Shown: positions 53,886 through 62,060 of the stretch, one piece after another
Position numbering within the stretch: position 1 is the stretch's first letter
Layout of the letters: the number at the start of each line of letters is the position of its first letter
Assembly: GCA_016712745.1 (NCBI GenBank)
Contig: JADJQN010000001.1
Coordinates: forward strand, 1,777,494-1,841,493
Length of the DNA stretch: 64,000 bases
Direction: 5' to 3'
DNA from: Sandaracinaceae bacterium
GTDB taxonomy: Bacteria; Myxococcota_A; Polyangia; Polyangiales; JADJQN01
Program-made: the position numbers and the translations under genes
Notes under the pieces: generated by a model
What the model saw: the letters and a program-made list of their open reading frames with translations, nothing else
Databases searched by the model: none
Told to the model about the DNA's origin: nothing

Positions 53886-55144
53886 AACGCGCATCCTTGC
53901 TGCTTGCGTGCCTTGCAGTCGTTGCACCGGCGAGCAAGTCCTTCGCTTACGACGTCAGCAGCGCGCGTTGGGCTTCGAGCGACATACCCGTTCAATACCG
54001 CATTAACGAAAGCAGCATTCCTTCGTCGCTTGGAGCTGCAACCGGACGTGATGCTGTCGACAGCGGATTTGCGGCGTGGGCCGCCGTGAGCTGTACGACT
54101 TTCAGCACGACGAATGTCGGCACCACAGCTGCCACAGCCGGAACAGCGGGCGATGGGCAAAGCGTGATTCTTTGGATCTCAGGCTCATGGCCCGACGAAC
54201 TCGGCGACGTAGGCTCGGTTATCGGCGTGACGACTCCGGTCTGGGAGAGTCGCGGTCGCACAATTATCGACGCTGACATTCAATTCAATAACGTCGGCTT
54301 CAGTTGGACCACGACAGGTTCGGGCGGAAGCGTGGATGCGCAGTCGATCGCAACACATGAAGAAGGACATTTCTTGGGCCTCGACCATTCGAGCAGCTCC
54401 GCTGCGGTGATGTTCGCGTCGTATTCGAGTGGCTTGAAGCGCACGCTCACTTCGGATGATCAGGCGGGCGTCTGCGCAATCTATCCGCGGTCCGGCACTG
54501 AACCCCCCGACGTGGAAGATCCGTGCGGCGCAGGTTCTGGCTCGTGCGGGGACTGCACGCCTCAAGCCGGTTGCGGCTGGTGTAACTCGAGCTCCGTTTG
54601 CGTAACGGGAACGTCGACCGGCCCGAGCACCGGCAGCTGTGCGAGCGGTTGGACCTGGTTGCCGCGCGATTGCTCAGCGCCTGTTGGCACAGCAGGTTTC
54701 GGCGGTTCATGCGCAGACAACAGTGACTGTGCGTCGAGCCTTTGTCTCAATGCCACGGGCGGTGCGGTTTGCACCAACAGCTGCACCTCCGATTGCGGGT
54801 GCCCTCCCGGTTATGGATGCGTGCGTGTGACGGGTGGCTTTAGCGTCTGCGCGGTCGGCACCAACGAGTGCTCGACCGATGTTGACGCTGGACCGTCGCT
54901 AGTCGATGGCGGACCGTCGGTTGGCGAAGATGCCGGGCCCTCGGGCGGCGAAGACGCTGGACCAGGCGAGAACTTCGATGCGGGCTCTTCGGACGGCGAC
55001 GCCGGCACAGGCGGCGAGCCCGATTCATCACGTCGCAGCTCGGGCTGTTCGACGAGCGGCGCACCTTCGAGCGAAGGCGCACCGATCGCATTTGCCCTCG
55101 CGGGCATTGCCCTTCTACTGCTGCGTCGTCGGCGCAGCGCGTAG
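53882..55144 (+). CDS. matrixin (M10) metalloprotease with PSI-like Cys-rich domain and MYXO-CTERM-type sorting tail
   Basis: HEEGHFLGLDH followed by the Met-turn AVMFASY. CGDCTPQAGCGWCNSSSVC is plexin/PSI-like. The C-terminus GCSTSG...IAFALAGIALLLLRRRRSA has the pattern Gly-Cys, TM helix, Arg cluster. Confidence 0.75.
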   Translation: MKRASLLLACLAVVAPASKSFAYDVSSARWASSDIPVQYRINESSIPSSLGAATGRDAVDSGFAAWAAVSCTTFSTTNVGTTAATAGTAGDGQSVILWISGSWPDELGDVGSVIGVTTPVWESRGRTIIDADIQFNNVGFSWTTTGSGGSVDAQSIATHEEGHFLGLDHSSSSAAVMFASYSSGLKRTLTSDDQAGVCAIYPRSGTEPPDVEDPCGAGSGSCGDCTPQAGCGWCNSSSVCVTGTSTGPSTGSCASGWTWLPRDCSAPVGTAGFGGSCADNSDCASSLCLNATGGAVCTNSCTSDCGCPPGYGCVRVTGGFSVCAVGTNECSTDVDAGPSLVDGGPSVGEDAGPSGGEDAGPGENFDAGSSDGDAGTGGEPDSSRRSSGCSTSGAPSSEGAPIAFALAGIALLLLRRRRSA

Positions 55145-57229
55145 CGCGGCACCCGATTCGATCGACTCGCGCGACAACTGCGAAAGCTCGAGCATGTAGG
55201 CTTGGAAGTTCTCTGGCGCTGCGATGCGAACGTCCGTGATGACGTTGTTCGCGTCAAGCACCGGGATGAGGCGCGACGAGACGTAAGCCCATTGCGTCGG
55301 CAGATTCAGGCGGGTTGCACGTGCGATGGCGTCGGCGCGCCATTCATCGTTGATGCGCGTGCCAAATTGTTCGACCAAGCGCTGGATCGCCGCGAAGTCA
55401 CCGGTCGCCTTGATGCGCTGAAGCTCAGAAAGCAACTCGCCGATCGCACGACGGAACGCATCCGGATCCGGAACGCGCAGATACCAATGGCCGTCACGCT
55501 GCTCGGGAACGACAGCGCCGCGGTCCTGCGCGAAACCAACGATCATCGAACGCGCGCGGTCGTGATCTTCTTCAATCACATGCTGGTCGGTGTAGCGACG
55601 CAATGACGACAAGAAGTTCGCTGCGAAGAGGCGGTAGCTCGCCGGCACGCAGGCTGCGTCGTGAAGAAGCCCAACCTCCATCACTTTCGGGTCGGACATG
55701 TGCCAGAGCGCGACGAGATCGGCGCGAGCTTCCTCGAGTGTCGAATAGTACTGACGCAGCGATTCGTGAGGGTCGCCGTGCAGATCCGGGGAGACGCGCC
55801 CCGATGCGTGGCCAGTTACTTCGTGAAGCGTAACCATCGCGTTCCACACGTCGACCGAGCAGCGCTCGGCAATTGCGCCTTCTTCATCGCTCGCCGCAAA
55901 CTCGCGGGTGGCAGCGGGACCCACAGCGAGATTTCCGGACTCGATGATGTTGTTCAAAAAGAAGTTGCGGCTTCCGTGTTGCTCGCGAATCGCTTGCTCG
56001 TTTGGCAGATTGATGCCCGCGGCGCTGATTGGGCCGCCGTCGCCGTCCTCGAGCAGCACGTCGACGGTATTTGCCACAAGTGGGCGAAATTCCGTTTTAC
56101 GGAACTGCGCATCCCACGGCGTGCGGCCTTCAAAGTAGGGAGCGTTCTGGGCAATCGCACGCATGAGTCCGGTGCGTGCTTCGTTGCGGTAGAAGGTGAT
56201 GCCTTCCCAAAGGCCTTTGGTGCCACGCGCGTCGGTGTAACTTTCGATGAAGCCGAGAATCGCGTCGACCGACGGGTCATCTTGAACCCAGCCGATGTTG
56301 TACTGACGGAACTCTGCGTTGTCCCCGGTTTGGAAATAGCGAACGAGGTGTTGCCAGTAGTCGCGCTGCGCAGTCGGAGCGACAGCCATCGCGAAATTCA
56401 GATGGTGGATGACGCCGCGCAACTCCGGCGCATACAGGCCTTCGGCAACTGTGCCATCGCCCGTGCGATAGACCTGCTCGACGAGGCGGCCGCGCTCGCG
56501 AACCACGCGCGAGTTGAGCGGATACTGATCGCGGAAGTTCTGCAGGTCGCGCAGACGCAGGCCCGGGTAGAAGGTGTTGAATGATGCGGAGATGATGTCT
56601 TGGCCGCGCGGCGGCGACTTACTTGTGCACATCGGCTCGAAGTTGCCGTCGAAGATTGGACGACGGAGCCGCGCAAGCTTGGCGTCTACTTCTGCGTCCG
56701 TCGCACCAAGCTCCGTTGCACCGGCCGCGCGTGCCGCATGAGCCGCGCTTGCCAGCTCCGCTGCTGCAAAACCTTCGGGAACGAACTTGCGTGAGGTGCG
56801 CATGTTGTGAACGCCGTGGTGAATCCAAAGAAGCTTCGTGTACGTAATCATCGCCGGCGTAGCGGTGTTTGTACGAATGAGCGCCTCAAAGAGATCTTTG
56901 ATCTCGAGGTTGTGCGCATAGCGCTGGTCGTAGGCGATGCGGTCGCCGGCGATGCTGGCGCGGTAGAGATGATACGCAAGGATTTGCTGCGCGACCGGAA
57001 GCTCTTCGAAGTGGTCGGCGTAGGTCTGCACGATGCCCACATCTCCGACGCGCTCGAGCAAGTACGGACGGTCCGGCGCGGTCGCGGTCGCCTGCGTCGA
57101 GGCGGGGCGTGGGTCGCTCGGCCGCGCGGCCTGCACTTCGGCGCTTGGGCTCGCTTCGGTGCTCTGCGTTCCACCGCAGGCGACCAAGCTGAAAACCGAC
57201 AAAATAATCGTGAAAGAGAGTGTCCTCAT
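55115..57229 (-). CDS. dipeptidyl-peptidase III-like (M49) lipoprotein
   Basis: Lipobox FSLVAC. M49-type zinc motifs HEVTGH and EEARADL. Start at ATG 57229. Confidence 0.65.
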   Translation of the reverse strand: MRTLSFTIILSVFSLVACGGTQSTEASPSAEVQAARPSDPRPASTQATATAPDRPYLLERVGDVGIVQTYADHFEELPVAQQILAYHLYRASIAGDRIAYDQRYAHNLEIKDLFEALIRTNTATPAMITYTKLLWIHHGVHNMRTSRKFVPEGFAAAELASAAHAARAAGATELGATDAEVDAKLARLRRPIFDGNFEPMCTSKSPPRGQDIISASFNTFYPGLRLRDLQNFRDQYPLNSRVVRERGRLVEQVYRTGDGTVAEGLYAPELRGVIHHLNFAMAVAPTAQRDYWQHLVRYFQTGDNAEFRQYNIGWVQDDPSVDAILGFIESYTDARGTKGLWEGITFYRNEARTGLMRAIAQNAPYFEGRTPWDAQFRKTEFRPLVANTVDVLLEDGDGGPISAAGINLPNEQAIREQHGSRNFFLNNIIESGNLAVGPAATREFAASDEEGAIAERCSVDVWNAMVTLHEVTGHASGRVSPDLHGDPHESLRQYYSTLEEARADLVALWHMSDPKVMEVGLLHDAACVPASYRLFAANFLSSLRRYTDQHVIEEDHDRARSMIVGFAQDRGAVVPEQRDGHWYLRVPDPDAFRRAIGELLSELQRIKATGDFAAIQRLVEQFGTRINDEWRADAIARATRLNLPTQWAYVSSRLIPVLDANNVITDVRIAAPENFQAYMLELSQLSRESIESGAALRAAPTTQQ

Positions 57230-57316
57230 CGGCGCATGGTTTCGCCCGAACGCGTCAAAATCACAAGCCCTCTGAAAGAACCTCGGGGCCTTATGTAGTA
57301 GGCTTGCGACGCCGCC

Positions 57317-58243
57317 ATGAGCCAGGGCCTCCCCAGCACCGCGCGTGAGTCTTTTCTCATCGAAGATCACGACGCATACGACAATCTGCCGCTGCCCGTA
57401 GGCGGTGACGCGGCCGCCGTGCTGGCAGCAGCCCTCGACGCAACGCTTCGTGGTGAACGCGTGGTGCTTGCGACCGTCGTGCGCCGAAAAGGCTCTGCTC
57501 CGTCAACACCCGGGCAGAAACTCGTCTATGCGAGCGATGGCACGTGCGTTGGTACAATAGGCGGCGGGGCTGTCGAACGGCGGGTGCTAAGCAACTTGGT
57601 CGCGCGTTGCAACGACGAAGGGCGTCAGGACGCCGCCCGCGACGAAAGCGCTGAGCTTACCGCGTACAAGCTCGGGGCGAGCCTCGGCATGTGTTGTGGT
57701 GGCGTCGTCGAGGTGATGTTCGAGACGATTACGCGTCTTACGCCGGTCGTGTTAGTCGGCGCAGGACACATTGGAAGCGCGGCCGCGCCGCTACTGGCGC
57801 AATGCGGGTTCGTAGTCACGATGGCCGATGAGCGCCCCGAGTGGATCGAGCGAGCGAGCGCGAGCTTCGAGTCGTTCGGCCCCCGCATTCGCTGCGTCGC
57901 GGATGAGTTCGAAGAGGCAGCGCGTCCGGTTTCACGCAGGGGCGCGCTGATCACGATGACGCACGATCATCAACTCGATCAACGCGTGGTCGAGTGGGCG
58001 CTGAAAGAAGGGTTCGCGTACGTGGGCGGCGTGGGCTCGCGCGCGAAGGCGGCCCGCACGCGCACGCGCCTCCTCTCCAAAGGATTTGGTGCCTCCGATA
58101 TCGGGCGGGTTCACATGCCGGTCGGTGCTGACATCGGCGCGCGCCAACCGAACGAGATTGCGGTCGCGATTGTCGCCGAGCTCATCGCGTGGCGTTCCCA
58201 GCTGCACGAATCATCGATGGAAGGCGCAACGCATGGCGAATAG
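57317..58243 (+). CDS. xdhC: XdhC/CoxI family xanthine dehydrogenase accessory protein
   Basis: N-terminal XdhC_CoxI block (ERVVLATVVRRKGSAPSTPGQKLV) and Rossmann-like VVLVGAGHIGSAAAPL. Overlaps the xdh start by 11 nt. Confidence 0.75.
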   Translation: MSQGLPSTARESFLIEDHDAYDNLPLPVGGDAAAVLAAALDATLRGERVVLATVVRRKGSAPSTPGQKLVYASDGTCVGTIGGGAVERRVLSNLVARCNDEGRQDAARDESAELTAYKLGASLGMCCGGVVEVMFETITRLTPVVLVGAGHIGSAAAPLLAQCGFVVTMADERPEWIERASASFESFGPRIRCVADEFEEAARPVSRRGALITMTHDHQLDQRVVEWALKEGFAYVGGVGSRAKAARTRTRLLSKGFGASDIGRVHMPVGADIGARQPNEIAVAIVAELIAWRSQLHESSMEGATHGE

Positions 58244-61200
58244 TTTCGAGTTCACGCTCAACGGCGAGCGCGTCGTCGTTGAGAATGCATCGTCGACCAT
58301 GACGCTGCTCGATTTCCTGCGGCGACGCGGTCTGACTGGCACAAAGCAGGGATGCGCCGAAGGCGATTGTGGCGCGTGCTCGCTCGCGCTGGTCGATACC
58401 GATGCGCACGGCAAGAAGACCTTCCGCGCGATCAACAGCTGCATTGCGCTCCTGCCGATGGTCGCAGGGCGTGAAATTCTCACCGTCGAAGGCCTGGCCA
58501 AAGCGCGCGACGACGAAGCGCCACCGACGCTCGAGGAGCTCCACCCTGTTCAGCGCGCCATGGTGACCAACAACGGATCACAGTGCGGGTTTTGCACGCC
58601 GGGCTTTGTGATGTCGATGTTCGAAGGTTATTACCGGCCTGCTCTGCAGGCGCGAGCCCAGATTTCCGATCAACTGTGCGGCAATCTCTGCCGCTGCACA
58701 GGCTACCGCCCGATTCGCGATGCGATGGAAGTCGCGCTCGAGGAGCGTGCGGTACGCGGAAGCGATGAGTTTCACGCGCTTCTCAAGCGTGCTTCGGGCG
58801 AGGTGCCCTCACTCGACTATCAATCCGGTGGTCAGCATTTTTTGCGCCCGAAGACCTTGAAGGATTTGCTCACATTGCGCGATCAGCATCCCGACGCCTG
58901 GCTCGTGGCCGGCGCGACGGAGATCGGCGTCTATCTCAACAAGAAGTTTCAGAGTTTCCCCTTTTTGATTTCAATCGAGGGGGTGAGCGAACTGCGACGC
59001 ATTCGCAAAGTCGATGGCGTCTTCCACGTTGGCGGCGCATCGACTCTTACGGAGCTCGAAGAGGCACTTGCCGGGGCGATTCCGGCCATCGACAAGATGC
59101 TGCTCGTCTTCGCGTCGCGGCAGATCCGCAACCGCGCCACGCTTGCGGGAAACCTTGTCACGGCTTCGCCAATCGGCGACATGGCTCCGGTCCTTCTGGC
59201 GCTTGATGCGAGCGTGGTGCTCGCGTCGGTCACCGGCGAGCGCACGGTGCTACTGCACGACTTTTTCACGGGCTATCGAAAAACCGTGATGGCACCAAAC
59301 GAGATCGTGCGCACGATCTTGATTCCAGATCCGGTGGCCCACGCCGGCATCACGCGCCGCATCGAGTCGTACAAGGTGAGTAAACGACGCGAGCTCGACA
59401 TCAGCATCACCGCCGCAGCATTTTGCATCGAAACCGATGCAAGCCACATGATCACGAGCGCACGACTCGCCTACGGCGGCGTAGCCGCAACCCCGGCGCG
59501 CGCGACGCGAACCGAGGGAGCCCTGGTTGGAAATCCCTGGAACGAAGAAACTTTACGCGCAGCGTGCGAAATCCTTGCAACGGAGTTCGCGCCGCTCAGC
59601 GACGTGCGAAGCGGCAAAGAGTATCGGCAAGAGCTCGTGGTCAGTCTCTTCGAGAAGTTCTTCCGGGGCGAGAGCAGCGCGAGCCAGGACCTACCGCTGG
59701 GTTACGAGAGCCCGGGCGCCTTCGACGGCGGCAGGCGCGATGTGCCGGACTCGCATTTACTCGTGCACGAGAGCGCCATCTCCCACGTCACCGGCGCCGC
59801 ACAGTACGTCGACGATCAGGCGCAACGTCGCGAGATGCTCGAGATGTGGCCGCTGTGTTCCCCGCACGCCCGAGCTCGCATTCTAAAGCTAGATGTGAGC
59901 CGCGCCAGAAGCATGCCTGGCGTTGCGCTGGTCCTCACGGCGAGCGACATCCCCGGTGTGAACGACGTCGGCGCGATTCGCAAAGACGAAGTGCTTCTTG
60001 CCGACAAAGAGATCGTTTTTCACGGCCAGATGATCGCGGTCGTCATCGCCGCCACGTATGAAGCTGCACGTTTGGCGTCCGCCGCAATCGTCGTCGAGTA
60101 CGAACCGCTCGATGCAATTCTCTCCATCGAAACCGCGATTGAGCATTCGAGCTTCCATACGGAGCCCCATACCATTCGCCGCGGTGACGTCGCTCGGGCG
60201 CTGCAGTCGGCAGCGCACCGTGTTGATGGACGCATCGAGATTGGCGGGCAAGAGCATTTCTACCTCGAAACCCACGCAGCGTTTGCCGAGCGGGGAGATG
60301 ACGGCGATGTCTTTGTCTCTTCCTCCACACAGCATCCATCGGAAATCCAAGCAGTCGTCTCGCACGTGCTGCATATCCCGCGTTCGCGCGTCGTGGTTGA
60401 GGCACCGCGCATGGGCGGCGGCTTCGGCGGAAAGGAAACGCAAGGCAATGCCTTCGCTGCGCTCGCGGCCCTCGCCACGTGGAAGCTCGGCAAACCTGTT
60501 CGCGTGATGCTCGATCGTGACCTCGATATGATGCTCACGGGAAAGCGCCACCCGTTCCTCGCCGACTACGAGGCCTCGTTCGATAGCGAAGGTCACATCC
60601 AAGCGCTCAAGGCCACGCTCGTATCCGACGGTGGCTGGGCCCTCGACCTTTCAGCGTCGATTTTGGATCGTGCACTTTTTCACATCGACAATAGCTACTT
60701 TATTCCGAACCTCGAAGTGCAAGGGCGCGTTGCGAAGACCAATGTGGTCTCGCACACCGCGTTCCGCGGCTTCGGCGGCCCACAAGGAATGGTTGTCATT
60801 GAAGAGGTGATGGACCGCATCGCGCGCGCTCTTGGGCTTGCGCCGGAAGTTGTTCGCGAACGAAACCTCTACCGGGGAGAAGGTGAGTCTCGCACCACAC
60901 ACTACGGCCAGGACGTTGGCGACAACCGCATTGAGTTTATGTGGGGTGAGCTCAAACGCGCATCGGAGCTTGATGCTCGTCGCAAAGAGATCAAGGCATT
61001 CAACCAGAAGAGCGCCAACATCAAACGCGGCATCGCGATGACGCCGGTCAAATTTGGAATCTCCTTCACCGCCTCGTTCTTGAACCAAGCGGGCGCGTTG
61101 GTGCTTATTTACTGTGACGGCACGGTTCAGGTGAATCACGGCGGAACAGAAATGGGCCAAGGCCTTTACACCAAAGTCCTCGGCATCACGATGCGCGAGC

Positions 61201-62060
61201 TCGGTGTTTCGGCGGAGAAAGTGCGCGTCATGAAGACTCGCACGGACAAAGTGCCTAACACGTCGCCCACCGCAGCATCGAGCGGCGCCGATCTCAACGG
61301 CGCAGCGGTGAAAAACGCGTGCGACACGTTGCGCGCACGTCTGTCCGACGTCGCTGCTGCGCTCCTCAGTAGAGAACACGGCGTCACAATCGACAAGGAG
61401 TCACTTCGTTTCAAAGCCGGTCGCGTGTTCGTTGAGCACGACGCTGCGAAGTTCGTGCCTTTTGAGCGATTGGTTGAAGCGGCCTACCTCCGGCAGGTGA
61501 GTCTCTCAACGACGGGGTTCTATCGCACTCCGGATCTGCACTACGACGCGCAAAAAGGTCGCGGCAAACCTTTCCACTACTTTGCGTACGGAACCGCTGT
61601 GACCGAAGTCGAAGTCGACGGCGCCAGTGGCATGAAGCGCATCCTGCGCACGGACATTTTGCAAGACGTCGGCGAGAGCTTGAACATCGGCATTGATCGG
61701 GGTCAGGTTGAAGGTGCGTACGTGCAGGGCTTGGGCTGGCTCACCGGTGAAGAGCTGAAGTGGGATGACAAAGGCAAGCTCCTGGCTCACTCGGCCAGCA
61801 CCTACCAGATCCCCGCCATCAGCGATGCGCCGATTGATTTTCGCGTCGCGTTGCTTCCGAAGGCCGCGCAAGCCGATACGGTTCATGGCAGCAAGGCCGT
61901 TGGCGAGCCGCCGTTGATGTTGGCCATCTCCGCGCGCGAGGCCATTCGCGATGCGATAGCCGCGTTCGGTGCCTCACCAACGCGCGTAGATCTTCCGTCG
62001 CCCGCGACGCACGAAGCGATCTTTCACGCGATTCGGACTATTCGCCGGGCGAGCACGTAA
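58233..62060 (+). CDS. xanthine dehydrogenase, fused small (2Fe-2S/FAD) and large (molybdopterin) subunits in one polypeptide
   Basis: GCAEGDCGACS and CGFCTPGFVMS [2Fe-2S] motifs, an FAD domain (LVAGATEIGV), and Moco domain blocks (GGGFGGKETQ, GSKAVGEPPL). A single 1275-codon frame runs from ATG 58233. Confidence 0.85.
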   Translation: MANSFEFTLNGERVVVENASSTMTLLDFLRRRGLTGTKQGCAEGDCGACSLALVDTDAHGKKTFRAINSCIALLPMVAGREILTVEGLAKARDDEAPPTLEELHPVQRAMVTNNGSQCGFCTPGFVMSMFEGYYRPALQARAQISDQLCGNLCRCTGYRPIRDAMEVALEERAVRGSDEFHALLKRASGEVPSLDYQSGGQHFLRPKTLKDLLTLRDQHPDAWLVAGATEIGVYLNKKFQSFPFLISIEGVSELRRIRKVDGVFHVGGASTLTELEEALAGAIPAIDKMLLVFASRQIRNRATLAGNLVTASPIGDMAPVLLALDASVVLASVTGERTVLLHDFFTGYRKTVMAPNEIVRTILIPDPVAHAGITRRIESYKVSKRRELDISITAAAFCIETDASHMITSARLAYGGVAATPARATRTEGALVGNPWNEETLRAACEILATEFAPLSDVRSGKEYRQELVVSLFEKFFRGESSASQDLPLGYESPGAFDGGRRDVPDSHLLVHESAISHVTGAAQYVDDQAQRREMLEMWPLCSPHARARILKLDVSRARSMPGVALVLTASDIPGVNDVGAIRKDEVLLADKEIVFHGQMIAVVIAATYEAARLASAAIVVEYEPLDAILSIETAIEHSSFHTEPHTIRRGDVARALQSAAHRVDGRIEIGGQEHFYLETHAAFAERGDDGDVFVSSSTQHPSEIQAVVSHVLHIPRSRVVVEAPRMGGGFGGKETQGNAFAALAALATWKLGKPVRVMLDRDLDMMLTGKRHPFLADYEASFDSEGHIQALKATLVSDGGWALDLSASILDRALFHIDNSYFIPNLEVQGRVAKTNVVSHTAFRGFGGPQGMVVIEEVMDRIARALGLAPEVVRERNLYRGEGESRTTHYGQDVGDNRIEFMWGELKRASELDARRKEIKAFNQKSANIKRGIAMTPVKFGISFTASFLNQAGALVLIYCDGTVQVNHGGTEMGQGLYTKVLGITMRELGVSAEKVRVMKTRTDKVPNTSPTAASSGADLNGAAVKNACDTLRARLSDVAAALLSREHGVTIDKESLRFKAGRVFVEHDAAKFVPFERLVEAAYLRQVSLSTTGFYRTPDLHYDAQKGRGKPFHYFAYGTAVTEVEVDGASGMKRILRTDILQDVGESLNIGIDRGQVEGAYVQGLGWLTGEELKWDDKGKLLAHSASTYQIPAISDAPIDFRVALLPKAAQADTVHGSKAVGEPPLMLAISAREAIRDAIAAFGASPTRVDLPSPATHEAIFHAIRTIRRAST

